DNA of 64,000 bases from the human T2T-CHM13v2.0 reference genome, Homo sapiens (GCF_009914755.1 NC_060925.1), one strand, 5' to 3'; numbered from the stretch's first letter, positions 48,331 to 62,596 are shown. A program made the numbers and translations. The notes: generated from the letters alone by a model not told the origin.

Positions 48331-48668
<338 letters not shown>

Positions 48669-48687
48669 GTAATTATATCTTAATCTC

Positions 48688-49435
48688 TTAATAATGGTAA
48701 CAATAAAACTAGAAAAGTTTCTAGGTATCAAACACCTACTATGCACTGGATGCTGTATGAATATTATTTCAAGCATTCCAACAAATCTCTCAAAAAACTT
48801 CATCATATAGATGAAGAAACTGAGTGTCAGACCAAATAGTAGATTGCATCATTATTTTCAATCTTTAGTCCTTCCTGTGTTCGTAAACTTTGCCTTTTGG
48901 CCAGTTCTTTCAAAATAGGAGTTGAGTATATTTCTCCATTCTTTGACTGTAAATGACTTATGTTGGAAAGTAGAGGGTGTCCAAATTTTCCGTGTAGGCC
49001 TTAAAAGGACTGGGGTGTTTCTACTTTCTTCTTGCAGCATTGCCGTTGCAAAATTAAGTCCACACTCTAGCTTGCTTGCGAGTCTGAAAATAAAAAGAGA
49101 AAATCGTAGCAGAGCTGCCCCACCTCATATACAGACCAGCAGAAATAGCAGATCCATCCAGCTATTGCAGGGTGAAACAGGGACTCACAGCTAAACCCAT
49201 TCTAAATCAGATAAACTCTAATTAAACATCAACTGTCCTGTAGATGCATGAGTAAAAATAAATGATTGTAGTTTTAAGCCACTGAGTTTTGAGAAAGTTT
49301 GTCAGGTATGAAGAGCAAACCAATGCAGGAAGTTTAATAGTTTGCTCAAAGTATCACAGCTAGGATGTGGTGGAACTAGGTTAAAACCTTGAATAGTCTT
49401 ACTATAGAGCTTGAACTCTTTAAACATTATGATTC
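48688..49435 (-). mobile_element. MIR split by an MLT1 LTR (pieces 48688-48831 and 49328-49435)
   Basis: TAGATGAAGAAACTGAG, resumed by GTTTAATAGTTTGCTCAAAGTATCACAGCTAG. Confidence 0.7.
48835..49327 (+). mobile_element. MLT1H-like solo LTR
   Basis: TAGTAGATTGCATCATT...GTAGGCCTTAAAAGGAC...AATAAATGATTGTAGTTTTAAGCCACTGAGTTTTG. Confidence 0.75.
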
Positions 49436-49530
49436 TACTCATATCCTCCACTCTTCAAACCATCAAGAGTTAGTAATGACAAATATGAATCTATTTTAGG
49501 CCCATATTTCAAACTACTATCCATAATCAA

Positions 49531-49662
49531 TAGGGTGATCATACCTTCAGATATACCTAAGATAGATCCAGTTTTCCTAGAATGCTTATTAATAGTGCCA
49601 CCTTGTACTCTAAAAAAGTTCCATTTATTCACCAAATGAAACTAGTGAAGAAGTTTACCCTA
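49531..49662. mobile_element. MER94-like hAT-Blackjack MITE
   Basis: Termini TAGGGTGATC and GTTTACCCTA; internal TTATTAATAGTGCCACCTT. Confidence 0.5.
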
Positions 49663-50296
49663 GTGAACACTAGTTAATCTGATCATTAGTCATTCTGTGT
49701 TGTCTTCATTCTGATAGAGAGCCAAAGAGAAGGAGCCAGTTGGAGAACAAAAGTATAATTTGGATTGAGGATAAAAGGGACACTATTAGCAATGTGGTTC
49801 TCAAGATCATCGTTCCATCAACTGTGATGGAAAACTGAATTTAGAGAAGACAATCAGTCTTACAACTATTGATTTTGGGTACACCAGGGGGTTAAAGGGA
49901 TTGAGTCATTTATTTAGAGATGTTTTAATTTTGGAATATCTACAATATCCTGTGGATTTTAATAGGAAAAAAAGAAATTTGGGAGTCCATAGACAGAAAG
50001 GAATACAATTTCATCTTTGAATTAATAAACTGTATTATATTGGATATTTCAGCTAGTCTATGTAAATCTTCATTAGTCTTCCATAAACTAGAAAGATGAT
50101 ACTACATTATCCAACTAACAGGGTCGTGAGAATTAAATGGAATCACATTTAAGGAAGTGTTATATAGTTAGTACTGTTAATTTTAGTTTTAAACATGGTA
50201 TCACTGGAGTGCTGAGAGACATTTAGGTTTTGCAGTAAAATTTAGAATAATATATTTGATTTTTAGGTATTTAATATAAAATGATTAAAATATTCA

Positions 50297-50868
50297 TTTT
50301 TTCCTGCTTTATTGATTTATAATTGACAAAACTTATATATATTTATACCATACAATATGCTGTTTTGATATATGTATACATAGTGAAATAATTAACATAA
50401 GCTAATTAACATATCCATCACCTGACATAGTTAGCATTTTTTTGTATGTGGTGAGAACATTTAAGGAATATTATCTTAGCATGTTTCAAGTATAAAACAC
50501 AGTATTATTAACTATAGTCATCATGTTTCTCATTAGATCTCCAGAACTTATTCATTCTGCATTACTAAAACTTTGTACCTTCTGACCAACATCTCTTCAT
50601 TTCCCCCACTCCCCCACCACCTGGCAAACAACATTCTACTCTCTGCTTCTGAATTTAACTTTTTTAGATTCTACATTGAAGTGAGATAATGCAGCATTTT
50701 TTTTTGGCTTTTTTTTGTTATTTTTATTTTTTGGCTTATTTTTGGTTTGTACCCGGCTTATTTCACCTAGCATAATTTCCTCAAGGTCCATTCATGTTGT
50801 TGGAAATGATGAGATTGTCTTCTCTTTTAAGACTAATATTCTATTGAATATATTCATATATAGTATTG

Positions 50869-50913
<45 letters not shown>

Positions 50914-50966
50914 AACACACTCACAGACACACACACATAAAATACATTTTCTTTCTGATTATTCAC
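50297..50966 (-). mobile_element. L1MA8/9-like 3' end
   Basis: GCTAATTAACATATCCATCACC...GTGGTGAGAACATTTAAG...AGATCTCCAGAACTTATTCAT. Confidence 0.9.
50871..50937. repeat. Compound (AT)15(AC)n microsatellite
   Basis: Read directly. Confidence 0.92.
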
Positions 50967-51209
50967 GGCCATAAAACAAAAAAGTTGTCTTTTTACCTAA
51001 CATTAGCACTCTGACTGCAATCTCTAAAAAACTATACTTAACAAGACTTATAGTTAATAAGATTGAAGAAATATCATTTGGATGTAATTCATGTAGCTAC
51101 CTGAAATCTGTGAAGATTCTTGGCCTGTACTTTGTATACATTTTTTTTTTTTACATATTATGATACCTCTAATCTCATTAGCCCATAATAATTAAAATAC
51201 TATCATTTA

Positions 51210-51900
51210 TGACTTCTGTTACTGGCCATGAGGAAATAGCTGTATCACATCAACCATTTCACTTAGAACAATTTTGAAACTATATAACGTTTTTTAAAAT
51301 TGAGTATTGGAAAACAACAAAGACATTCAGAACTTGAGGGGACACTATCCTAGGAAGATTAATGAAGTACACAGAAGTAAGGACAACCATTTCTATAATT
51401 TTTCCAATAAGATAAATCCCTGATTTCCAATTTCAGATATAGAGGCCAGGCAGAAAATGAGGATTTGAAGCTTTTAACAGCCTCGTTGTGAATTCCTAAA
51501 CTGGACTGGCTTCTGAGACCAAGAAAACAAACAGAAAGTGACTGTTAACAGGGCAAAAACAAGCAAACAAAAACACTAAACAGAGCTTCCTAAATTTAAA
51601 TAAAGGGAAACTGTAATTCAGGAACTAGTAAGAAGAAGGAGGTTCGGTAAAAGCACAAGGCTTTCAGTTGTGACCCTTAAAAGATTATGTTTTCTAGGCA
51701 TAATGCCAAATCAGAAATAGTCAAATCCCTAGAAACTTGAAAATTACACCATCTGTCCTCTTGACCAAGTCAACTTGATCTGCTTTTATTACAATTTTGG
51801 GGCAGGAGAAGTTGAATCTTATCCAGAGGAAATTACCATCATTCTGATCTTCTATAATATGCACACAATTCACAGAATTTAATTTTCTAAAAAAATAGCA
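51210..51900 (+). mobile_element. Old L1M 5' region
   Basis: GACTTCTGTTACTGGCCATGAGGAAATAGC resembles L1MC/ME 5' starts. Confidence 0.45.
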
Positions 51901-51902
51901 TA

Positions 51903-52470
51903 CATACCACTTGGAAAAAAAGTTAGCAGTGTTCACTAAAGTCAAATATATGCAATCCTATGGACCAGAAATGTTCAACAGAATTGCTTATTTGTGTCAG
52001 AAGGCATGTACATGGGTGTACATAGCAGAATCATTCTGAGCAGCCCCAACAAAACTATAAACAATCCAAATAATCATTAACAAGAGAAATGGATAAATAA
52101 TTTTTGTGTATTTATTTAATAGAATACTATAAAATAATGAAAATGAACTAGCTATTTCTACATGCAACAACATGCATGAATCTCACAGAACTAGTGCTTG
52201 CATAGATGAAGGTAAACACCGAACAGTAGTTCCTATGTGATTCTATTCCCAGGGACTTCAGTAACAGCAAAAGTAATCTATGATAAATAGAAGTCACAAT
52301 AGAAGTTAGGGAACCTTCCAAGATTTTGTTGATGTTCTGTTTCCTTCCTGGGTGATGGTCTACAAACATGTTCAAATAGCAGATTTATCAAGTTGTATGT
52401 TTAAGATTTATGCATATATGTGTAATGTTTTTCTGTATATATGTTATGCTTCAAAAATTCACTAAAATAT
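51903..52470 (+). mobile_element. L1ME-like 3' end
   Basis: CCACTTGGAAAA...CTACATGCAACAACATGCATGAATCTCACAGA...TTTCTGTATATATGTTATGCTTCAAAAA. Confidence 0.8.
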
Positions 52471-53179
52471 CCATAGGATAGTGTTTTCACTAATCGATTT
52501 TTTCATTATTATGTAACTGATATTTGCACATTAGTAGGTGAAATGGAATGGAGCATTCAGATGGATGTAAGTTTGAATCTATTTTACTGTAAAGAAGACA
52601 TTTTGAATTAGATGGTGAAGTGTGGTTTATTAAATTGGGTATGGAAGTTTTGATGAAGAAGATGAGATAAGACAGATAAGTAGAAGTTAGCCAAGTGAAG
52701 GACCCAGAGTTAAAAGAGATTACCTGAAAAAATCCTATAATCCAATCAAGTGCACATTGGTCAATCTGGTTATCTAATGAAAAAATGGCTTATTTTCTGT
52801 GTTGTTGATTTTGAGACCACAATAAGTGTTTTCTAAATTCTTCCTGGGTCATTATGCACTTGTTTATTTTCATCTGACTCTTCTGATATTTTTACCTTTT
52901 ATTTCTGATGGAACTATAACAAATTATTATTGCTCTACTTTATATTTGAAACATCCTCAAGGTTCTCACTTTGCTCTATGTGCTATACCTATTGTTTACC
53001 TATAGTATCTAATTCAATCTTAACAGTAACCAAAAACAAATATGCATGTAAACATATATTTTAACAGCATATATAGACATATATGTGTGTGTCTGTTCAT
53101 TTGTATATATGCATCTATTTGAATGTGTGTGTGTGATAATTGTAAACATGTGTGAGACCAAGGACAATGACATTTCTCT

Positions 53180-53521
53180 TTAACTTTCAGGTAAAAGGGG
53201 ATTATGATCTACAATATTCTTGCATTTTTCTTTTAGATTATCCTTTAGATCCCAATTTAAATGTTTTCTTCTCTGAAATATTAATTCTTATGTCAAATGA
53301 CATTTTTAATTTTATCTTCACACTTAATCACAGTTTTAAATTATAGTATGTATTTTATTATATATTTATATTTCTGTATTTTTTGTGTAATATCCATCTC
53401 TTCCAAAAAGGCGGGGGACTTGGTTGTCTCATTCAACTCTATGTACCCAGAGTCTAGAATTTTTTTTTGCATAAAAATAGTACTCAATACTCAATAATTT
53501 TTTATTGAATGAATAAATAAG
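53180..53521 (+). mobile_element. L2 3' end
   Basis: GGGGACTTGGTTGTCTCATTCAACTCTATGTACCCAGAGTCTAGAA...CTCAATAATTTTTTATTGAATGAATAAAT. Confidence 0.7.
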
Positions 53522-54157
53522 AAAAAGAAAACAAAGTCAAGACAGAAAGCCTGAAAACTCTTACAGAGATATTGAAGCTGCTCAGACATCTGTTCATTAT
53601 CTTTTCAGATTCAAGCATTTAACTTTGAGGAACTCTGCCATAGGAAATCCCAGAAGAATCATATTACAGTATATTTTCTATTGCTTGTATATCCAAAATA
53701 CTATCTGAAAAGTAATACATTTATTATTTAAATAAATTTAGGTCAGGTTTTTTTCCTCAAGACATAAAATTTTAAGCAGAATAATACTATGAGAGATGAG
53801 ATTTCTGAAAATAGTCTTTATGAATAGCTAATAGAAACATGTACTATTCAGAAATATGCCATATAAGAAGATTGTTTGAATGTGGTGACCTCAGCACAGC
53901 TACATAACCTTCTTTCTCAATTTTAGTCTTTCTTTTAGTCAGATGGCTCCTGCAGACAATGATCATCTGTGTTTAAGAAATACTTTGGGTTTTGGTGAGC
54001 CTTGACACAGAAAATTGTGGAAATTCCTCCTTCTTCCCCTTGTGCTAGACAAAGACCTAGAAGAAAATTCAAGACTCTTGAGTAGAACATGAAAGAGACT
54101 AAACATAGAAGGACATTGTCCCAAAGATATAAGAGAGAGGAAAGAAGGCTGGGAGGC

Positions 54158-54534
54158 TGTCTTAGTCTGTTTCTGCTGCTATAACAAGATACCCCAGACT
54201 GAATCATTTATAAAGAATGGGAGTTTATTTGGCTCATGGTTCTGGAGGCTGGGAAGTCCAAGAGCATAGCACTGGCATTTGGTGAGGGCCGTCTCATGGT
54301 AGAAAGCAGAAGCAAGCATGTGAGACACAGAGTAGAAATTGGGCCAAATTCCTTTTTTGTATCAGGAGCCCACTTATGTGATTACTAACCCACTCCTAAG
54401 TTAATGGCATTAATCTCTTCATAAGAATGGAGCCCTCATGACCTAATCATCTCTTAAAGTTCCTGCCTCTCAACCTTGTTTCAATGGTAATTAAATCTCA
54501 GCATGACCTTTGAGGGGGCCTTTTAACCATAGCA
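54158..54534 (-). mobile_element. MSTD-like solo LTR
   Basis: TGTCTTAGTCTGTTTCTGCTGCTATAACA...GGAGCCCTCATGACCTAATCATCTCTTAAAG...AACCATAGCA; TSD GAGGC/GAGAC. Confidence 0.9.
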
Positions 54535-54833
54535 GAGACCTATGAGAATATATGAAAATATTTTACTGATATGGAAAACTTTAAATATTAAGAAATAAAT
54601 GACTGTTCTAGAAAAAAAGTTTAACACAAATGGCAGACAGAGGGTTAATGTCTTTAATATAGAACGTTTTCTTACATATTCTCTAAAAATGGAAAATTTA
54701 TACAATTAAAAAGTAAACATAATTCATTCAGTGAACTTTAATTCTTGAAGAGCAAACCCAAATGGACATAAAACTTAAATAAGATGCTCAAATTTAATGG
54801 TATTTAAGGAAATACAAAAAATACATTAAAGTA

Positions 54834-55167
54834 CAGTAATCCCTCTGTACTTTAATATCCATGAGAGTTTGGTTCCAGGACATCCCACAGATACCAAAAT
54901 ACATGGATATTCAAGTCTCTGATGTAAAATGGGGTATTCCTTGCATATATCTACCCACAATTTCCCATATGCTTTAAATAGTCTCTATATTATTTATAAT
55001 ATTTAATACAATGTAAGTAGTTGTTATATTGTATTGTTTAGGAAATAATGACAAAAATCTGCACATGTTCAGAACACATGCAACCATTTGTTTTTTTTCT
55101 GAATATATTTAACTTGAGATCGGTTGAATTCATGGGTAGAGAACCCATAGATATGGAGGGCCAACTG
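54834..55167. mobile_element. MER2 (TcMar-Tigger MITE) inserted in an old L1 fragment (~54560-55510)
   Basis: TA-CAGTAATCCCTC...GGTTCCAGGAC...ATACCAAAAT...GATATGGAGGGCCAACTG-TA. Confidence 0.9.
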
Positions 55168-55502
55168 TAAATGATGTATCATTTTATGATGATCAGAATA
55201 ACTAAAAATAATTTTTAAAATCGACTGCTGGTATAATGTGAACCTTATAAGTTGAGGTGGACAGTAGTATATAAACAATTATCAACATTAAAATAAAAAT
55301 TAATGCTTTTTTCATTTCACAGATTGGAAGACATCCAATCTCCAGTTATAAAAGCATCAGCACACATTATTAAATGCAAATGTAAAATCATTTTTATTGA
55401 AGTATTATTTTAGCTGGCAAAATACTCAAGGAGTATGCTTATTATTGGTGAAATGATGAATAAATTTTGGTACAACTCTATGGACTGTTCTAATTCCATT
55501 AA

Positions 55503-55818
<316 letters not shown>

Positions 55819-56239
55819 TTGCTACATGTTTTTGAAGGAGAAAAACAAGCTACATAAATATGTACATAAATGTATTTTTTGTTAAATTTATATACAGCTA
55901 TACATCTGTCTATCTTTCTATTTCTCTATCTATCTATAAACTCCAATATACAAATTGGGAGAAAAAGAGTTGTTCTTGTGTTGGTGTGGATAAAGAAGAA
56001 AATAGATAGAGAGAAGCCAGTGATAAAAGCAACATCAAAGTAAATTACATTAAATTTCAATAAAATATAAAGACCCAAACACACCAGAAACTGCCAATCA
56101 TATATGACGTCTGCTCTTATTCTCTGCTTTTTGTCTTGTACATTTTCTAAGCAATGGACAATTTCTTCGTCAAGAAAATTCCATCTTCTCTCAAATATGC
56201 AAGAAAGCACACTACTGATTTTCTCCCATTATCGTTTTT

Positions 56240-57538
56240 CCCCTTTCCCCATTCTTTTGAGACTACTTCTATATCTAGCTACACCCAATTTTGTGTTCCC
56301 TTTTAAAGCAAAATTTCACAAGGACCTATTTATATCTTCTAGCACATAACTAAATATGCCCTTGTTAAATTCAGTAATGTCCTTTATGTTGCTAAATCCA
56401 ATGGTCAACTTCCCATCCTCCTCTTTCTTGATTAATTAATTGATGCCTTTTAACTTATTAATTTTCCTTCAAGCACCTCTTCATTTGAGTTCCAGGACAC
56501 TCAAATCTGATTTTATTTTTAAATTTCCTAATGGATTGTTTTTTGATTTTGTTACTCCTCCTTCCTCATCTACCTGAGTGTTGAATGATGGAGAGTTCCG
56601 AGCTAAATCTTTTCGACCTCTTCTTTTTTCTACCAATACTTATGCTCTTGGTTATCTTATTAGTCCCAAGGCTTTAAAAAATTTTATATCCAGGAGATAA
56701 AGACCAGCTTTCTTTTTCCCCTGAGTCTAGTGTAGATTTTGGAAAGAAATAATAATAATAAAAAAGAACTTTATCTCAATCAATAAACAACCCTATCTTG
56801 TTATCCTTGATTTCTCTTTTTGTTTTCCTTAGATACCAGGTCTAATTTATCGGTAAATCCCGTGGACCCCACCTCAAATATACATTTATAATCTGACCAC
56901 TTCTCACATCTCTACTACCACCAGGCTAGCATAAACCAATGTCATGAATAGTCTGTATTACAAGAGTTTTCATAATAGTTTGTCTTTCTTCTGCACTTCA
57001 AGTCTATTCATAACATAATAGATAACTTGTTAGGTATGTGGCTCTGCTTAATTCCCCCCATAGGCTTCCCATCTGAATAAGTGCAAAAGTCGAACTCCTA
57101 GCATTGACTGACTATTGTCCTTTTATTTCTCTTTGTCTATCCTCTTTAGTTCACTTGCTGTATACTCTGCTACTCTGCCTCACTTGCTTTTTTCCCCCGC
57201 CTTTAGGTATCCCCATGGCCAATTTTCTTGTCTCTTTAAGATCTTTTCTCAAATTTCACATCCAGAGTGAGGTCTTCCCCATTAACTAACCTATTTAAAA
57301 TTAAACCATAAGCATCACCCTAACATCTGCCCCTTATCCCAATCTCCTGCATTATTTTTCTCTATAGCATTTTTATTGCCATCAATATACCTGTGTTTCC
57401 CTTTGGTTTTCTTTACTGTCTATCTTCCACACTAGAATGTAAAGGCAGGCATTTTTGGCATGTTTTGTCCTCTATAGTTAAACGAGGCCTGGCACCACAG
57501 TTAGTACTTAATAAGTATTTGTTTAATGAATAAATGAA
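56240..57538 (+). mobile_element. L2 (L2a-like), ~1.3 kb up to the 3' end
   Basis: TGTTGCTAAATCCAATGGTCAA...ATCTGACCACTTCTCAC...CCACACTAGAATGTAA...TTAATAAGTATTTGTTTAATGAATAAATGAA. Confidence 0.85.
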
Positions 57539-58929
57539 GGAGTAATATGATCTCATTTGTGCATCTTCATAAAAAATATATATATATGAATGCATAAATG
57601 TGTATTCTTTATACACATGTATAAAGAAATGTTAAAAATAAAATTAAAATGAATGTCTATATAGAATCTGGTATGATTTGAATATACTAAAAATCTGTTG
57701 GTCTAAGGAAGACATTTCTAATAGTTGAGCAATTTGTAGGAATATCGAAGATAGATGAACTTTTGAGAGATTTGATATAAATATAAAGAAGTTATTGTTA
57801 CTTAATGTTTTTAAAAGACTATGAGGTTTTAAAGTATTTAAAGTTTTAAAAGAGCTATACATTAGATAATTTTAGAATATTCTTGCTATTTTAAGGTTGG
57901 CTTTAAAATATTTATCAGCACATTCCCCATGTTCTTCATATGTGGTAGAGGTAACCAAAGTTCTTTTTCCCTATATCTGAAAGCTTGAACTATCACAAAT
58001 TTAATAAAGGAAACTCTATTTGTATGGATATTAAAAATAGTATAAAAAACCTCTCAAAACACATTTTTTATTATGTATTGAAAGCATTTCTATGCAAAAC
58101 ATAAATTTTTGGTTTGCTTTTCAAATAGACAGCACTAAAATTTTTAATTTAAAATGATCAATAAGTAATAGGAACATTATATCAGCCTTTCACTTCTTAA
58201 ACTGACACTCAGAATTCTTTATGATTTGTAATAAGTGTGAGAACAAAAAAGAGGATTAAACATTGATTCCCAATAAATTGAAAGGATTAGTGTTTTCTTT
58301 GGCATAGAAACTTGCTGAGAAACTCAAGATAGAGCAGTACATTTTAAAATGGTAATTGATGTCTTAAAAACACACAGTGTGGTAGGTTTAAAAATGAAGG
58401 CTTGTAGATGAAAAAAAAATAAATTGACAAAATAGCTTCTCTCTGATACCATCTTTCAAATAACTGAATAAGTAATGCACATTTTTTAAATGAGAATTGC
58501 TGATGTAGTGACAATATACTTTCTACTAAAATGAACTATTTACTTATTCTATTCAAATAACAACTTGATTCATTGTAAAGCATTTTGAGGCTTCTTCAGA
58601 ATGAAAGAATGTGGCAGCTGTAAGAATTTTCTCCATATACAAAGGCATGAATTTTTTCCATATACAATTGCATAATTTAGGAGAAAATCATCTACCTACA
58701 CAGGGGCTTTGCTTTCTTTTTGGACATTAAGCCCATAGTACATATAGGCTTGATTTGGAATTAGTTGGACTATCAAATCATAGTCAATTCTACAAGTTAC
58801 TTTATAAATTAATGAATTCTTACAGTGAAACTTGCTTAATAGATGGATATTATGGCATGGCTTTATTTAGTCATCCTAGGTAAGAAGATAAGAAACTATT
58901 TTAGTTTCTGGTTATCATGGATGGAAATT

Positions 58930-59160
58930 TTAGATAAAAATTATGACCCAATAGGTTTTCAGAAGGCTAAGAAGTTACGCACACTTGAAGTTGAGGGCCG
59001 TGCCATTCCACACATGTATGATCTTGGACAAATCATTTATCACATCTGAGCTTCAGTTTTCTTATTGAAATACATAACAATACTTTATTCAAAGGGGCTT
59101 TAGATAATGCATGCAAAAACTCAATACAATAAGCAAAATGTTCTCATATGAATTATTACA
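58930..59160 (+). mobile_element. MIR
   Basis: TGTATGATCTTGGACAAATCATTTATCACATCTGAGCTTCAGTTTTCTTAT. Confidence 0.7.
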
Positions 59161-60071
59161 ATGGAAGAAGGTGATTACAAATAGGTAAGATTATTGAGTA
59201 AATTATTCATGAAACAAGGACATTAATGAGTTGAGGATGATGGGTCATGTGTCATTGGCTTACATGGTGATAGCTATCACTGAGAATTTAAAAAATATTT
59301 TTAGAGATGAAAGGAGGTAAAATTGGTTTTTTGAACTTAGAGTCCTGGGGCTACATCTAGACTGTGTCAAGCACTCAGCTGGAAATTGAAAAAGAGATCA
59401 GTTTTGGTGTTTTTGTCCCCTCCTAGTTTGGGGCATTTTAAGGATTCCACAAATTTCACTTGCTTATTTAACTAATACCAGTCAACTATTTCAAGGGAAT
59501 TTTTCACTCAGACTGGTTGATTTTCTGGCCCATTAAGACAGCTGATTCAATTCAACTGAGATTATATAGCTTAATCTCCCATGCATGTTGATTGTCCTAC
59601 CAAGTGGCAGCAGGCCACAGCTATAGGTAATCTTTCATGTAAATTTATCTCCATTTGGTATTTCTTTGGCTTTTAATGTGGGGGCTAGGGGTTGGATCTC
59701 AAGTACTTGGAATTGCATCATTGATTCACATGCTGAAAATGATAGCTAGGAAGCCAAAAAAACTTAATATATTTGGCTTTTCATGAAGGCACATCTCTTA
59801 GTGGAGAACTGACTGAAGTTTCACTGCTAGAATCTGTTTCGAGGAATTAAAGACACAGAGCTGTAAATCTTGTCTTAAAGTGCTTTGGGTTTTGAAAAAG
59901 TTATCTTTTTAAAATGTCACTGAATTTGAGAAGACAATAGAGGTCTTTAGGTCAATTATTCTATTTAGAATAGATCAATATTATTTAGTGATTTGCTGAT
60001 TCTAATAAATATGTCCAGAAAAATCTGATTAAACCATTTATAACACCTATTTTCCTTGATGTAGATTTACA

Positions 60072-60648
60072 GATCATAGTAAAAAGTTTGGATTTTATGC
60101 TAAGTGCAATAAGAAGTCACAAGCAGAAAAATGATGTAATTTTAATTACACTTACAGAGGAATACTCTGGCTACGGTGTAGAGGATGGTCTGTAAAAAGA
60201 CGTGAATGGAAGTGCGATATTAGTTAATAAGCTATTGCTCTAATATAGATGGGAAATGAAAGTGGCTTTGACTGAGGTTAGGAGCAATGAAGAAATTGAA
60301 AGTGCTTAAATTCTACATATACTTTGGAAGTGCAGCTGCAATGAGATGAGAATAGATTAATTGTAGAAGGTGAGAAAGAACCATGGTTGAGCTTGAGCTA
60401 TTTTGATAAAGCAAATCAATAGGAGATGGAAAAGACTGCAAGAGAAGCAGGTTTGGAGATAGAAGAATAAAATGTTCTCTTTAGAACAAGTTAATTTTAG
60501 AACAAATTATATTCGGGACCACCAAGTGGAGGTGTTGGGTGTATTGTTGGCTATGAGTCTGGATTATGAGGAAGAGTCTGGACTGGAGATAGAAATTTTC
60601 ACATTAAGTGTTTTAATCCATGAAGTTGGATAAAAGTCTGTCTATCAA

Positions 60649-60695
<47 letters not shown>

Positions 60696-61150
60696 TATCT
60701 ATTGATCTATCTACCTACCTACCTAACTTTGTACCTACCTATCATACAGAGAAAGAAGGAGAGAGAGAGAAAGCTATTTAAAGAAAAAGGGCCAAGGACC
60801 TATTCCTGAAGTTATTCAATATTTAAAGTTCAGGCAGAGAAGGAGCTAACAGAGGAGATTAAGAAAAATAAATAGAGAAATAGTAGAATTTATTTTCATT
60901 AAGATCAAGGAAAAAATACTAAGATAAAAGGAGAAACATAGGGATCATGTGGTTCAGATACTGTGAAGAAGTTCTTAATGTATGGGGAAAGTAATAATTT
61001 TGGATTTTCAATATAAATTCACAAACATCAATGGAGTGGTAAGAATGAAAGTCCTTTTGGAATGTGAAGAAGATAGAGTGGGAAGTAAAGAAGTAAAGAC
61101 TGAAAGGATACACTGTTCTTACGAATTCTGATGGACTTTTCCTTTTAGAA
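60072..61150 (-). mobile_element. L2
   Basis: GTTTGGATTTTATGCTAAGTGCAAT...GAGAAGCAGGTTTGGAG...GAGTCTGGACTGGAGATAGAAATTT. Confidence 0.8.
60637..60725. repeat. Compound tetranucleotide STR, (TCTA)11 core plus (CCTA)n
   Basis: TCTA x11 at 60651-60694. Confidence 0.95.
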
Positions 61151-61539
61151 ATATGAACAAAAAAGAATAAGTCCAAATTAAATATTCTTTAGAATATTAT
61201 ACAATAAAAGTAACATTATTAAGACAATATTTAATTTTTTAAGGAGATAAACTATAATTTGATTATCATGACTGCATTCTAATGAGAATAGATCCTAGTA
61301 TAATTGGTGGATACTTTTTCATGGCTGTGGTTATTTGAGACTGGCTCTACAAGGGATAAGAAAATACAAGAAAATTCCTGGTTAAAGAAACGTGTCAAAG
61401 GCAGACAACAAACAAAGTTTGAAACTAGGAGGTGTATAATATAAAATCTTTGTCTCTCACATACAACAATTAGTAAAATTGCCTTTGCTTATTAATGCCA
61501 TGGAGAGTGAATTTTCTTTTGGTCATATGTTAGCCATTG

Positions 61540-61990
61540 GGCTTATTTGCTTTTATATCTATTTTTGCACTTCTTTTTCTCTTCCTAGTATCAGAGCTGG
61601 CCCCTACAGGCTACCCTTTCACAGGCTCCAATTTCAAATAGTTTCTGTAGGCTTTGCTCAATGGGAAACAATGACAAGGAGTGAGAAGATGGAGGGAAGA
61701 TATTCTAGGATATCCCTCTCCTACTACCTCTTCGGGGGGATTGTGTCCAGCAGTGGATCTATCTCCTCTATAGCTTTTGTTTCAACCATGTAGGCCCCCA
61801 CGACCCCATCTGGGCCTATCTGCTAACACTGTCTCAAACCTTTGCTTTCTAGATTAAGGGTGATAACATCTACTTTCTGTTTTGGGTTCTCAGCTATTTC
61901 ATCAATGATGTAACAAATTCACTGGATTAAATTTCTTCTTTTTGAAGTATTTAGAAAAGTTTCTTTTTGTCTGCTTACCCTGACTGATAA
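61540..61990 (+). mobile_element. LTR33-family (ERVL) LTR
   Basis: CAGGCTCC...GGCTTTGCTCAATGGGAAAC...GGATTAAATTTCTTC...CCCTGACTGATA. Confidence 0.65.
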
Positions 61991-62092
61991 AAATATAAAT
62001 ATTATATAAAATATATTGCATCTATATATTAAAATAAATATATTTATAATTATATACTTTATTTATAAATGTATTATAATATGTATAAATTA

Positions 62093-62185
62093 TAATCTAG
62101 GTGGGAAATGAGGTGGCTCCGACTGAGGTTGGGAGCAATGAAGAAGTTGAAAGTGCTTAAATTCTACGTATACTTTGGAAGCACA
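62093..62185. repeat. Dispersed copy of 60241-60334 within an AT-rich tract
   Basis: GGGAAATGA..GTGGCT..GACTGAGGTT.GGAGCAATGAAGAA.TTGAAAGTGCTTAAATTCTAC.TATACTTTGGAAG present in both. Confidence 0.92.
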
Positions 62186-62596
62186 AATAATATACCTATA
62201 ATAAAAATATATATTTATATATTTTATAAGAAGACTATATATATATATTTATCAGTCAGAGTAAGCAGACAAAAAGAAACATATATGTGGCAGAGTTCTG
62301 ATTCTTATTTTGTATGGGATGAAAGAAGAGGCTGACTGCAGCAGATAGCAGCTTCCATATACGCTCACAACAAATAACAGTATTAATACAGGACTATTTT
62401 AAGAAGCAAATCTTCAGAACAGTTTTAGTACAACTTCTGCACTACTCTGGATTATCAAATATACTGGAATCAGAACTTACAAGCGAATTTTTGTTTTCTC
62501 ACTGATTTTTAAGACTTCTTTCTTTCATAGCTGTAAGTTTTATATTATCCATGATGCTTTAGTGGTAATATCCCTAACAAAAGTTCAGCAATATAG

